From an uncultured Gammaproteobacteria bacterium (GTDB lineage: Bacteria > Patescibacteriota > Microgenomatia > Levybacterales > UBA12049), in contig CAZRWL010000003.1 in NCBI GenBank assembly GCA_964603935.1, positions 1 through 61,807 of the forward strand: DNA of 61,807 nucleotides, given 5' to 3'. This document shows positions 43,857 to 52,953 of this stretch, in pieces. How positions within the stretch are numbered: the stretch's first letter is position 1; every line of letters starts with the position of its first letter. The notes under the pieces were generated by a model that saw only the letters and a program-made list of their open reading frames with translations, was not told where the DNA came from and made no database searches. A program made the position numbers and the translations under genes.

Positions 43857-46800
43857 ATGTTTGCAAGAATCCGAGAAAAAGTAATTGCCCTCAGACAAAA
43901 AATCGCCCTCTCTAATAAAAAACTCATCGGTCTTGTCATAGTCCTTCTTACGGTAATCGCATTGCCTTTAATAGTTATTGCCTCCCAGCAAGAACAGGAT
44001 ATCCGCCAGCACGCCTCCGAACCAACATCTTCGCCTAACTTAACCAATCAACAAGAGGCATCATCTGCGACGACTAAAGATGCCGAACAAATTGAACTAC
44101 TAACTAATCAATTATTCCAATTCAATAAAAAACTAACTGGCGATGTAGGATCTTTATCGGAAGAAGATCAAACAGCGAGAAACAGGGCAACCGCTAATCT
44201 TACAGAAATAGCTAAAAAGCGAAAGGCTTTACTTCTACAAGTTATAGAAGAAGACCCGGAACTCTTTTTGTCTATTGCTTTGAAACAGACTATGCAATCC
44301 TCCATGCCTGCTGCAATTCAAGAATATCTTGAAAAGGAAGTGACTGTTGAAGGGAAAACAGAAGTGCTTCATATTGATGATTTTAAAAATCCCGCTAATT
44401 CCAGATTCAATTATTTTTTGAAGATAGGCAATGAGAAGATTAATTTATTTCCTACTCAAGAACTTCCCATTCCATCCGGGGTTAAAGTCAGAATTAAAGG
44501 CATTCAATTGGATAACAATATCGTTACAACTGCAGATAGCATGTCTTTTCAAGTTTTGGAAGCAGCGCCCAAACCCGAGTCAGTCGGAGATCAGAAAACA
44601 CTGGTACTGCTCATACGATTCAAAGATTCAGGAGATCCTCCTTTCACCAAAGAAAAAGCCCATGATCTTATTTTTAATGGGCAATTCCAGAAATTTTACA
44701 AGGAACAATCATATAATCAAGTTTCTTTCAGCGGAGATGTATTCGGATGGTTTTCTTTAACATACAATAATACTCATCAAGCTTGCGATGTCATTTACAG
44801 CAAGACTATTTCTAACGTCATTGATATTCCCAAACTTGTTGCTGACAACAATATTGAATTGGGAATCTACAGCCGGCTTATTTTTGTGGTTGACACTAAT
44901 TATAGCGGATGCTCTTTTGTTGGAACATTTGAAACAACTATTAATGGTAAAACTTATCGCTTCTCCGAAGCTGCTGTTGGCGCTCATAATTACACTAACC
45001 CCTGGTTCAATCACCCGTTCGAATGGACAGAGCTTGATTTCACTTTAAGTCACGAGTTGGGACATAGTCTTGGAGTGCTACACGCAAATGGCTGGGACTG
45101 TAAGGATCAGACATTATACGGGGACTGCACTCATATAGAATACGGCAATTATTTTGATACCATGGGGATTGGCTCATTTTCGCTTCACTTCAATGCTTTC
45201 TACAAAGAACTGCTTGGCTGGATGAATTCTTCTTCGACTTTACTAATCAGCACTTCCGGCGTGTATACACTTAACCCTTTGGAATTAGATTCGGATAAAA
45301 AATTCGCCAAAATACAGATTCAAAACTCCAATGTTATCCCTTATGATTTGGAATATAGAAAAGGCATAGGCTTTGATGCAAATCTCAATAATGTCACGCT
45401 CTTATCTAACCAATCAGGCTTATTTATTAACCACATAATGACAGACCCTGCATTACCATTAAATTATTCTTATACTCATCTTTTAGATATTACTCCCTCA
45501 TCAAAGTTTTGGGCTGATGATATCGACGACGCTGCATTAAATGGAGAAAAGATTTTTACAGACCCGGGCAGAGGAATAGCGATTGGCCCCATCATAAAAA
45601 CAGACGCATCTTCTATAACTTTTGAAGTTAATCTTGCCATTCCATCTTGTGTTCGTCAGAAACCTTTGGCAAGCACTGTTTATATTTCTAACCCTGTGGT
45701 AGCCGGAGGTTTTGGCACCATAGATATCAAGCTTACGAATGCCGATGGCTTTGGTTGCGGCGAATCAAAATTCCATATAACACCCACCTTACCCTTAGGC
45801 TGGAAAATAATTGACATACATCCTTCCGACAATATCGTTATTGATGCAGACGGAAAATCTTCCATATATATTACTTTTAATCCTCCTGAAAATACTCCGG
45901 TTGGTGATTATTCGTTGAGTTATGATATTGTAAACCTACAGAGCGGTCTTAAAACGCATGCAGAACTTACTACAACAATTAAGCCTGCTCTTAAGATTTC
46001 GAAAATTGATCCGCAAACAGGAAATATTGGCACAGAAATTACAATTTTTGGCTCGGGATTCAGCGAAGACGCAAGCTATAATAAAATCTCTTTTTCTAAT
46101 CCCCAAGGATATGCGATAACCAATTCAAAATTATTTCAATTACCAACTAATGAACAGGTATTAAAATTTACTGTTCCGGAGACAATATGCGCAAGCGGTG
46201 GATTGGGTGCTCCTGGAATACTTGGAGGGGGATGTTCGCCTAAATCAACCCCTTCGGGTACTTACGGAATAAATGTATACAATGACTTTAGTGGCAGTAA
46301 TACTATGAACTTTCAGGTTATTGAACCTCCCACCCCCACCCCGGACTTAACCCCTATCCCCATCAACTGGAAAACTGATTCTGTTTCTCTTCAAGCTGAC
46401 AATTTCTTTATTAAAATGGACAATAGAATATTTAAACCAAACTCTAACTTTAAACTTCATTCAGATTCAGGTAAACCAACCTTCACTACCAGCACTCTAG
46501 AAGCAACGTGGCTTGAGGGAAAAACAGAAATGAGACTTTTTATCTACTTTAGCATTGATGCCAACAATCAATGGAAGGTAACAGAAATGAGAACGTATGA
46601 CGGCAAGACTCCCGGAAATTGGCTATACTATTTAGGAGGAGAGTCAGGCAAACTCGGCGTTCCATTTGCTAACAGCAACTACAGTAAGCAAAGCAAAGAC
46701 GGCAAAGGATATGTTAATTTTGGAAAAATAAAATTAGAGCCCTTCTTAAATCTTGTCACTCCCACCCCAACTCCTAAGCCAACGGCTACTCCTACACTCA

Positions 46801-47153
46801 AACCTACACCAACACCCACCCCTATTCCCGTAAAAACAGTTAGCGTTTTAAATAAAGGAAGTTTTCCATTGTCAATTATAAATGTCTCTGATTCCAGCAT
46901 TAACTTCACATGGAGAGATATTGGCACAGCTTACAAATATACTGTTGAATATTTCTATGGAGCTGCCAATATAAAATATAGTGTAAATAATACTCTTTCT
47001 TTATCTCCTGTTACCGCTCCTCCCGTTAATAGGCAGTATAAAAGTACGGTTAATTTGAGCACAAAACAAAGTATGCATATGCGAATGAAAGCTTGCAGAG
47101 GAATAAACGCTAATTGTTCATTTTCGGATGAACTTTTTATCACTACTAAATAG
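43857..47153 (+). CDS. large secreted/anchored metzincin-like zinc metalloprotease with IPT/TIG and Pro/Thr linkers
   Basis: N-terminal signal anchor, HELGHSLGVLHA (HExxHxxGxxH), an IPT/TIG-like segment KISKIDPQTGNIGTEITIFGSGF, and TPTPTPKPTATPTLKPTPTPTP linkers. Confidence 0.7.
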   Translation: MFARIREKVIALRQKIALSNKKLIGLVIVLLTVIALPLIVIASQQEQDIRQHASEPTSSPNLTNQQEASSATTKDAEQIELLTNQLFQFNKKLTGDVGSLSEEDQTARNRATANLTEIAKKRKALLLQVIEEDPELFLSIALKQTMQSSMPAAIQEYLEKEVTVEGKTEVLHIDDFKNPANSRFNYFLKIGNEKINLFPTQELPIPSGVKVRIKGIQLDNNIVTTADSMSFQVLEAAPKPESVGDQKTLVLLIRFKDSGDPPFTKEKAHDLIFNGQFQKFYKEQSYNQVSFSGDVFGWFSLTYNNTHQACDVIYSKTISNVIDIPKLVADNNIELGIYSRLIFVVDTNYSGCSFVGTFETTINGKTYRFSEAAVGAHNYTNPWFNHPFEWTELDFTLSHELGHSLGVLHANGWDCKDQTLYGDCTHIEYGNYFDTMGIGSFSLHFNAFYKELLGWMNSSSTLLISTSGVYTLNPLELDSDKKFAKIQIQNSNVIPYDLEYRKGIGFDANLNNVTLLSNQSGLFINHIMTDPALPLNYSYTHLLDITPSSKFWADDIDDAALNGEKIFTDPGRGIAIGPIIKTDASSITFEVNLAIPSCVRQKPLASTVYISNPVVAGGFGTIDIKLTNADGFGCGESKFHITPTLPLGWKIIDIHPSDNIVIDADGKSSIYITFNPPENTPVGDYSLSYDIVNLQSGLKTHAELTTTIKPALKISKIDPQTGNIGTEITIFGSGFSEDASYNKISFSNPQGYAITNSKLFQLPTNEQVLKFTVPETICASGGLGAPGILGGGCSPKSTPSGTYGINVYNDFSGSNTMNFQVIEPPTPTPDLTPIPINWKTDSVSLQADNFFIKMDNRIFKPNSNFKLHSDSGKPTFTTSTLEATWLEGKTEMRLFIYFSIDANNQWKVTEMRTYDGKTPGNWLYYLGGESGKLGVPFANSNYSKQSKDGKGYVNFGKIKLEPFLNLVTPTPTPKPTATPTLKPTPTPTPIPVKTVSVLNKGSFPLSIINVSDSSINFTWRDIGTAYKYTVEYFYGAANIKYSVNNTLSLSPVTAPPVNRQYKSTVNLSTKQSMHMRMKACRGINANCSFSDELFITTK

Positions 47154-48668
47154 ATAGCTTCTTATCTCCCCAACCAAATATAAAGAACCCGTAACGACAA
47201 TAATTGCCCTATTGTTAAATTGCTTCATTGCTAAATTGCTCATAACTAATGCTTTCTCCAGGGCTTTTTGCGAGTCTTTTTCAACGGCAACCTTAACATC
47301 TTTCTTAATACTTAATACTTCATACTTAATACTTTCCGCGTCCGCGGAAGCGTGTAAGCTAACATCTGTTTTTGCGCTAAACTCCGTAACAATAATTTCA
47401 TCCGCTACTTTTACAATTTCCCTAAGCATTTTTTTAATATCTTTATCGAATTTAAAACCAATTATAAAAATCTTCTTTTTTTTTGGGAAGAGTTTTTTAA
47501 GACTTTTTAGAAACTCTTTCATTTTTACGGGATTATGCGCGCCGTCGAGAACAATTGTTGCCTTCTTGTCATGCTGAACTGGTTTCAGCATCTCATTCTT
47601 TCGTAAAGAGACCTGCCTGCGGGCAGGAGATCCCGAAACAAGTTCGGGATGACATTTTATAACCTCAAACCGCCCCGGGAAAAAGGCTGTTGACAAAGCT
47701 TTTCTAATATCTTTTTCCAAAACTTTCTTGTCCCTCGAAGCTTCAGCGAAGTGGGAAAACCCAAACTTTTTTAATTGCAATACTGCTTCAACTGCCAAAC
47801 TCGCATTCTCTTTCTGATAATCTCCCAACAAAGATAATTTGTAATTTTCAATAATTGACTCATCAAAATCTTTTCCAAGTCTGAATAATTTTGCTCCAAC
47901 CTTTTCACATCTATCTTCAATTATTTTAATTACCGAAGACTTCTTTACTCCCGATATGACAACTAAAGGGGTGGCAAAAGAGGAAGGGCTCCCGACAGCG
48001 CGGACTGAGCCTGTCGAAGGAGCACTGGCGGGAGGGATTACTTTTGACAGGACCCCGTGTAATTTTATAATCCCCGCTTTGGTTCTGGCGATTTTCTCAA
48101 TTGTTTTTCCCAAAATATCCGTGTGGTCCAAACCCACATTAGTCAGAACCGCAACCAAAGGATAAAGCGTGTTCGTCGCGTCAAACTCCCCTCCCATCCC
48201 CACTTCCGCAACCGCGATATCTACTTTCCGGTCTACAAAGTATTTAAACGCCATTGCTATTAAAATCTCAAAATACGACGGAGCTCCAACCGGCATCTTC
48301 CTCATTAGTTCAATAGTCTGAATCATTGAACTGACAATGTCCGTAAATTTTTCATCCGAAATTTGCTCCCCATTTATTTGCAATCTTTCATTTACTTTTT
48401 GCAGGTGCGGGGAGATTGTTAAACCAACCTTATAACCTGCGGTTTTCAAAATATGGGAAATTAGATATGCAGTTGAACCTTTCCCTGATGTTCCGCCAAC
48501 CAAAATTGATTTAAATTTTTCCTGCGGGTCCCCCAAAAGAGACAAAAAAATCCGCATTCTTTCCAGCGGATCATGATGTCTTAGGAATTGCGGATCGATT
48601 TTATAATAAATCTTTCCAATAAAACTTTCCAGATATTCCAGGGCTTGCTTATAATTATTAGTCTTCAT
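47118..48668 (-). CDS. folC: folylpolyglutamate synthase / dihydrofolate synthase
   Basis: Mur ligase P-loop GTSGKGST, with FPGRFEVI ... LDGAHNP. It contains complete REP-A and REP-B copies in-frame. Its last 14 codons lie antisense to the end of the metalloprotease gene. Confidence 0.9.
   Translation of the reverse strand: MKTNNYKQALEYLESFIGKIYYKIDPQFLRHHDPLERMRIFLSLLGDPQEKFKSILVGGTSGKGSTAYLISHILKTAGYKVGLTISPHLQKVNERLQINGEQISDEKFTDIVSSMIQTIELMRKMPVGAPSYFEILIAMAFKYFVDRKVDIAVAEVGMGGEFDATNTLYPLVAVLTNVGLDHTDILGKTIEKIARTKAGIIKLHGVLSKVIPPASAPSTGSVRAVGSPSSFATPLVVISGVKKSSVIKIIEDRCEKVGAKLFRLGKDFDESIIENYKLSLLGDYQKENASLAVEAVLQLKKFGFSHFAEASRDKKVLEKDIRKALSTAFFPGRFEVIKCHPELVSGSPARRQVSLRKNEMLKPVQHDKKATIVLDGAHNPVKMKEFLKSLKKLFPKKKKIFIIGFKFDKDIKKMLREIVKVADEIIVTEFSAKTDVSLHASADAESIKYEVLSIKKDVKVAVEKDSQKALEKALVMSNLAMKQFNNRAIIVVTGSLYLVGEIRSYLFSSDKKFIRK
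47161..47185. repeat. 25-nt exact direct repeat partner of 42992-43016
   Basis: cttatctccccaaccaaatataaag is present at both coordinates in the same orientation. Confidence 0.9.
47568..47654. repeat. REP-A element (complete), in-frame inside folC
   Basis: gtcatgctgaactggtttcagcatctc ... ctgcctgcgggcagg ... gagatcccgaaacaagttcgggatgaca. It is translated as CHPELVSGSPARRQVSLRKNEMLKPVQHD. Confidence 0.85.
47968..48055. repeat. REP-B element, in-frame inside folC
   Basis: ggggtggcaaaagaggaagggctcccgacagcgcggactgagcctgtcgaaggagcactggcgggagggattacttttgacaggaccc. It is translated as PPASAPSTGSVRAVGSPSSFAT. Confidence 0.85.
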
Positions 48669-48686
48669 GAATATTGAATAATGCCC

Positions 48687-48715
48687 TTGACTATTTTAGA
48701 GTTTTCCATAATAAT
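48687..48715 (+). promoter_or_regulatory. candidate promoter of the hyf-like operon
   Basis: TTGACT lies at 48687-48692, followed after 16-17 nt by TAATAA/AATAAT, with a TGgTATATT slightly downstream. Confidence 0.4.
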
Positions 48716-48767
48716 GGTATATTGTTGATTTCATAGTTAAAGATTCCTTCTTTGGTCTTCAAAGTAA

Positions 48768-49316
48768 GTGAATCCAATCACTTACATGTTATCATTTTAT
48801 TATAAAATTGCGAGCACCAAACCCACACTTATATCCCTTGATTCCTTGAGGACTCAAGAGGATTTGGCAATTATCAAGAAAAATCTTAGCGAAAAAGTCA
48901 AAAAAATATTTAAAGGATCGTTGGCGATTAGAGAAGTTGATGCCGGCTCTACAAATGCTTGCGAGCAGGAACTAAATGCGTTAACCAATACTTTTTATGA
49001 CATTGAGCGGTTCGGAATTCATTTTGTCGCATCCCCAAGACATGCTGACATGCTTATAGTTACGGGACCTGTTACCAGAAACATGGAATATGCTTTGAAA
49101 AAAACCTATGAAGCAACGCCGGACCCAAAGATTGTTCTTGCTTTGGGAAACGACGCGATTGACGGCGGAATATTTAAAGGGTCTTACGCTGTTTTAGATG
49201 GAGTTCACAACGTAATACCGGTTGATTTTCAAATACCCGGAGATCCCCCAACAGCCAAAAACATATTGCGCTCACTCTTGCGAATTTTGGAAATTATAGA
49301 AAAAAATAAAAGTTAG
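48768..49316 (+). CDS. NuoB/HycG-like small subunit lacking the canonical 4Fe-4S cysteines
   Basis: ERFGIHFVASPRHADMLIVTGPVT is diagnostic of the NuoB/hydrogenase small-subunit family. The expected CxxC, GxC and GCPP appear here as AGST, GND and GDPP. Confidence 0.8.
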   Translation: MNPITYMLSFYYKIASTKPTLISLDSLRTQEDLAIIKKNLSEKVKKIFKGSLAIREVDAGSTNACEQELNALTNTFYDIERFGIHFVASPRHADMLIVTGPVTRNMEYALKKTYEATPDPKIVLALGNDAIDGGIFKGSYAVLDGVHNVIPVDFQIPGDPPTAKNILRSLLRILEIIEKNKS

Positions 49317-49324
49317 TTATTGTT

Positions 49325-51358
49325 ATGCTCTACGTATTTATTTTGCTGTTAAGTATTTTTTTTGCGGGCGCGCTGGGGTCGCTTCTTCTTCAGAAAAAAG
49401 AAAATCATGCGCATCTTTTTGCCGGTGTTTTTGCAATCACAGGATCACTAGCGGGAATCCTATTTTCTTTTTCCCTGCTTTTTACTCAAGGTAAATTCTC
49501 AGCAACAATTCCCACCTCTTTCCCTCTTTTAAAAATTTCCTTAAATATAGATTCTCTTTCAGCGCTTTTCATTTTAATAATTTCTACTGTTGCGCTTTGC
49601 TCCTCTATCTATGGGCTATCTTACATGAAACATTATTATCAAAAATATAACGTTGGCTTATTCGGCTTTTTTTATAACCTTTTTATCCTAAGCATGATTT
49701 TGGTTGCAACCGCAAACAACGGCCTTTATTTTCTATTTGTCTGGGAACTGATGTCTTTAGCTTCGTTTTTTTTGGTTATTTTCGAACATGATCGCAATGA
49801 GACAATACGAAGCGGTATTATTTATTTCATTATGGCTCACATCGGGACTGCTTTTATTCTTCTGGCATTTTTAATGCTTTATATTTCTACAGGCTCTTTT
49901 GAGTTTTTGGCAATTAAAAAAGCTTCAGGATCCATGCCTTTGCTCATTAAAAACGTTGTTTTCATACTAATGCTTCTGGGTTTCGGGACAAAAGCCGGAA
50001 TAATTCCGCTGCACATTTGGCTGCCCAAAGCTCATTCCGCTGCCCCTTCCCAAGTGTCATCCCTCATGTCCGGCGTGATGATAAAAATGGGAATTTTTAT
50101 GATGATAAGATTTTTTGTGGATATTTTTACACAAGCTCCGTTGTGGTGGGGTTTGACCATGCTTATAATAGGCGCTATTTCATCTGTTCTGGGAGTACTT
50201 TATGCTCTTTCAGAACACGACATAAAACGTCTTTTGGCATACCACAGCATTGAGAATGTAGGAATTATTTTACTGGGAGTCGGAGCGGGAATTACTTTTG
50301 CCTCTCTTGGTCTCTACTCATTTGGGGCGCTGGCAATTTTGGCCGGATTGTTCCATACGATAAACCATGCTATTTTCAAATCGCTTTTGTTTTTCGCGGC
50401 AGGATCCGTAATCAATCAAACGCATACCAGAAACATTGAAGAATATGGAGGCCTGATAAAACTCATGCCTTATACCGCTGTCTTTTTCCTGATCGGAAGT
50501 ATCGCAATTTCAGGGCTGCCTCCTTTCAATGGTTTCGTAAGCGAGTGGTTAACTTTCCAGGCTCTTTTTGCCGGCATTGGCTCAACTGTAGTTATTATCA
50601 AAAGTGTTTTTATTTTTGCCGCTGTCTGCCTTGCTCTAACAGGAGGACTTGCGGCTGCCTGTTTTGTCAAAGCCTTCGGTACGGCTTTTCTGGCCAGACC
50701 AAGAAGCAAAGAAGCAGAAAAAGCAAAAGAATCCGAATTCAGCCTTTTGTCCGCAATGGCTATTCTCGCATCGCTTTGCCTTGCCCTTGGAGTCCTCTCA
50801 AGCTTTTTTATTCCAATACTTACGAGGGTTTCACAAAGTCTTGGAAATTTTTCCTCAAAATCAACAGCCATCTCAACCAATTTAATATCTATCAGCGTTA
50901 ATAATAATTTCGGTCTTCTGAATATGCAGGCCGTATTGGGGGGATTATTACTGGCGCTTATTCTTGTTTTTATCGTTATTTATACATTCACAGGGAAACA
51001 AAAGATCAAATTTTCAGAAACCTGGGCCTGCGGTTTTTATTCTATAAATCCAAAAGCGGAAATCACTTCTACCGGTTTCTCCAGATCTCTTATTCTTATA
51101 TTTAGAGGCATCTTCCAACCGACAAAACAAAGTACTATGGACTATGTTGACGCGGATATCCGCTATTTTACAAAATCCAAAACTATCACCTTAACAACTG
51201 CAAATCTATACGAAAAATATATATATTATCCGGCCCAACGGATATTATTTTCTTTATCAAGACAGGTAAAGAAAATCCAAAGCGGGAACATTAATCAATA
51301 CCTGCTGTACATTTTCATAACGCTCATAGCCCTTCTTGTTTGGGCAAGATTTTTTTAA
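49325..51358 (+). CDS. HyfB/HycC/NuoL-like antiporter-type membrane subunit
   Basis: 677 aa and multi-TM. The pattern GTKAGIIPLHIWLPKAHSAAPSQVSSLMSGVMIK is typical of proton-conducting NuoL/M/N subunits. Confidence 0.85.
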   Translation: MLYVFILLLSIFFAGALGSLLLQKKENHAHLFAGVFAITGSLAGILFSFSLLFTQGKFSATIPTSFPLLKISLNIDSLSALFILIISTVALCSSIYGLSYMKHYYQKYNVGLFGFFYNLFILSMILVATANNGLYFLFVWELMSLASFFLVIFEHDRNETIRSGIIYFIMAHIGTAFILLAFLMLYISTGSFEFLAIKKASGSMPLLIKNVVFILMLLGFGTKAGIIPLHIWLPKAHSAAPSQVSSLMSGVMIKMGIFMMIRFFVDIFTQAPLWWGLTMLIIGAISSVLGVLYALSEHDIKRLLAYHSIENVGIILLGVGAGITFASLGLYSFGALAILAGLFHTINHAIFKSLLFFAAGSVINQTHTRNIEEYGGLIKLMPYTAVFFLIGSIAISGLPPFNGFVSEWLTFQALFAGIGSTVVIIKSVFIFAAVCLALTGGLAAACFVKAFGTAFLARPRSKEAEKAKESEFSLLSAMAILASLCLALGVLSSFFIPILTRVSQSLGNFSSKSTAISTNLISISVNNNFGLLNMQAVLGGLLLALILVFIVIYTFTGKQKIKFSETWACGFYSINPKAEITSTGFSRSLILIFRGIFQPTKQSTMDYVDADIRYFTKSKTITLTTANLYEKYIYYPAQRILFSLSRQVKKIQSGNINQYLLYIFITLIALLVWARFF

Positions 51359-51361
51359 AAT

Positions 51362-52288
51362 ATGGTATTGTTATTTTTACTTAAATTATTTTTAATCCCG
51401 ATGCTTTCCCCTCTTTGCGTGGGAATTATAAGAAAAGTAAAAGCGATAATGCAGAACAGGAAAGGCGCATCCATAATGCAGCCGTATTTTGATTTATATA
51501 AACTCTTTCATAAGGATGAGGTTATTTCCAAAAACGCATCATGGATTTTCCGCTTTGCTCCTTATCTTATATTTGCCATAAGCATACTAATACCTCTTGG
51601 AATTCCCCTGATAGCAAGCGCCGAATCAATCTCGCCTATTAGCGATTTCATAGTTATTGTTTATTTGCTTGCTCTTTCAACTTTTTTCTTAAGCCTAAGC
51701 GGAATAGATGTCGGGAGCGCTTTTGGAGGATTCGGGTCAAGCAGGGAAATGACACTTTCCGCTCTTACCGAAGGCGTGCTTATGTTTTCTATGATCCCAA
51801 TTGCGCTTATAGCCCAAACAACCAACTTAACCATGATGGCCGCTACAGCATCTTCTCTGCCTCTAAATGATTTCTTCCCAATCTCCATTGCTTTTGTAGG
51901 ATTTTTTATTGCGATGCTCTCTGAAACAGGACGAATTCCTTTTGATAATCCCGCGACTCATTTGGAACTGACAATGATCCATGAGGCAATGATCTTGGAG
52001 CATTCAGGCAAGCGTTTGGCTCTTATCGAATGGGCGTCAGCCAACAAACTTCTGATTTTTGCAGCCTTAGGTATAAACATGTTCTTTCCCTGGGGAATAG
52101 CTCATGACTTGACTTTGGATAAAATCGCAGTTTCCTTATTTTTTTTCCTTGTGAAGCTCTTGATTCTTATCGCCGCTATAGCCTTTATGGAGTCTAGCAC
52201 TGCGAAATTCAGACTCTTCAGACTGCCTGATGTTTTGTTAACAGGATTGATATTTGGCATAATCGCCATAATCACAACAATTATTTAA
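51362..52288 (+). CDS. HyfC/HycD/NuoH-like membrane subunit
   Basis: The pattern ETGRIPFDNPATHLELTMIHEAMILEHSG is characteristic of HycD/NuoH. Confidence 0.85.
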   Translation: MVLLFLLKLFLIPMLSPLCVGIIRKVKAIMQNRKGASIMQPYFDLYKLFHKDEVISKNASWIFRFAPYLIFAISILIPLGIPLIASAESISPISDFIVIVYLLALSTFFLSLSGIDVGSAFGGFGSSREMTLSALTEGVLMFSMIPIALIAQTTNLTMMAATASSLPLNDFFPISIAFVGFFIAMLSETGRIPFDNPATHLELTMIHEAMILEHSGKRLALIEWASANKLLIFAALGINMFFPWGIAHDLTLDKIAVSLFFFLVKLLILIAAIAFMESSTAKFRLFRLPDVLLTGLIFGIIAIITTII

Positions 52289-52289
52289 T

Positions 52290-52949
52290 ATGGAAATCTT
52301 AAATATGCAAACCGTATTTGTTTTCGAAGCAATCATTTTCGTATCAGCGGTTCTGATGCATGTTGTCAAAAGAAATTCTACGATAATTATTATTTATCTC
52401 TGCCAGTCACTAGCCCTGGTCGGACTTTTAGGCATTCACGCTTACCAGGAACAATCTACCGGCTCTTTCCTGATTGCATTAATTGTTCTTGTGATCAAAG
52501 TTCTAATTGCGCCAAGATTTTTCCTAAGACTGATTAATCGCAGCCACCAGAATCTTTCCGCTTCTACCTACATCAATGTCCCCATGACATTGGGTGTAAT
52601 AATCGGATTAATTTTCTTCGCTCAATCAGACATTTTCTCCCCCTTTAACAAGCTCCTGGGAGAAATGCCTGCACTGCGTATGATGCTTATATCTGCTATT
52701 TTCATATCTTTATTCCTTACGATCAACAGAAAAGGAGTTTTATCTCAAATTATAGGAGTTCTGTCTTTGGAGAATAGCATTGTGGCATTCGGATTTTTCG
52801 TAGGATTACGCCAGCCTTTTAACCTTGAACTGGGAATACTTTTCGATATTCTGATTTTGGTCATAGTTTCAACGGTTTTCGTATCAATGGTCTACAGACA
52901 ATTTGATTCTTACGATGTAACTCGCATGAAGCATCTTAAAGAGGAATAA
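52290..52949 (+). CDS. HyfE-like small membrane subunit
   Basis: 219 aa and multi-TM, with a LSLENSIVAFG motif resembling HyfE. Its position in the operon matches hyf order. Confidence 0.65.
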   Translation: MEILNMQTVFVFEAIIFVSAVLMHVVKRNSTIIIIYLCQSLALVGLLGIHAYQEQSTGSFLIALIVLVIKVLIAPRFFLRLINRSHQNLSASTYINVPMTLGVIIGLIFFAQSDIFSPFNKLLGEMPALRMMLISAIFISLFLTINRKGVLSQIIGVLSLENSIVAFGFFVGLRQPFNLELGILFDILILVIVSTVFVSMVYRQFDSYDVTRMKHLKEE

Positions 52950-52953
52950 TTTT

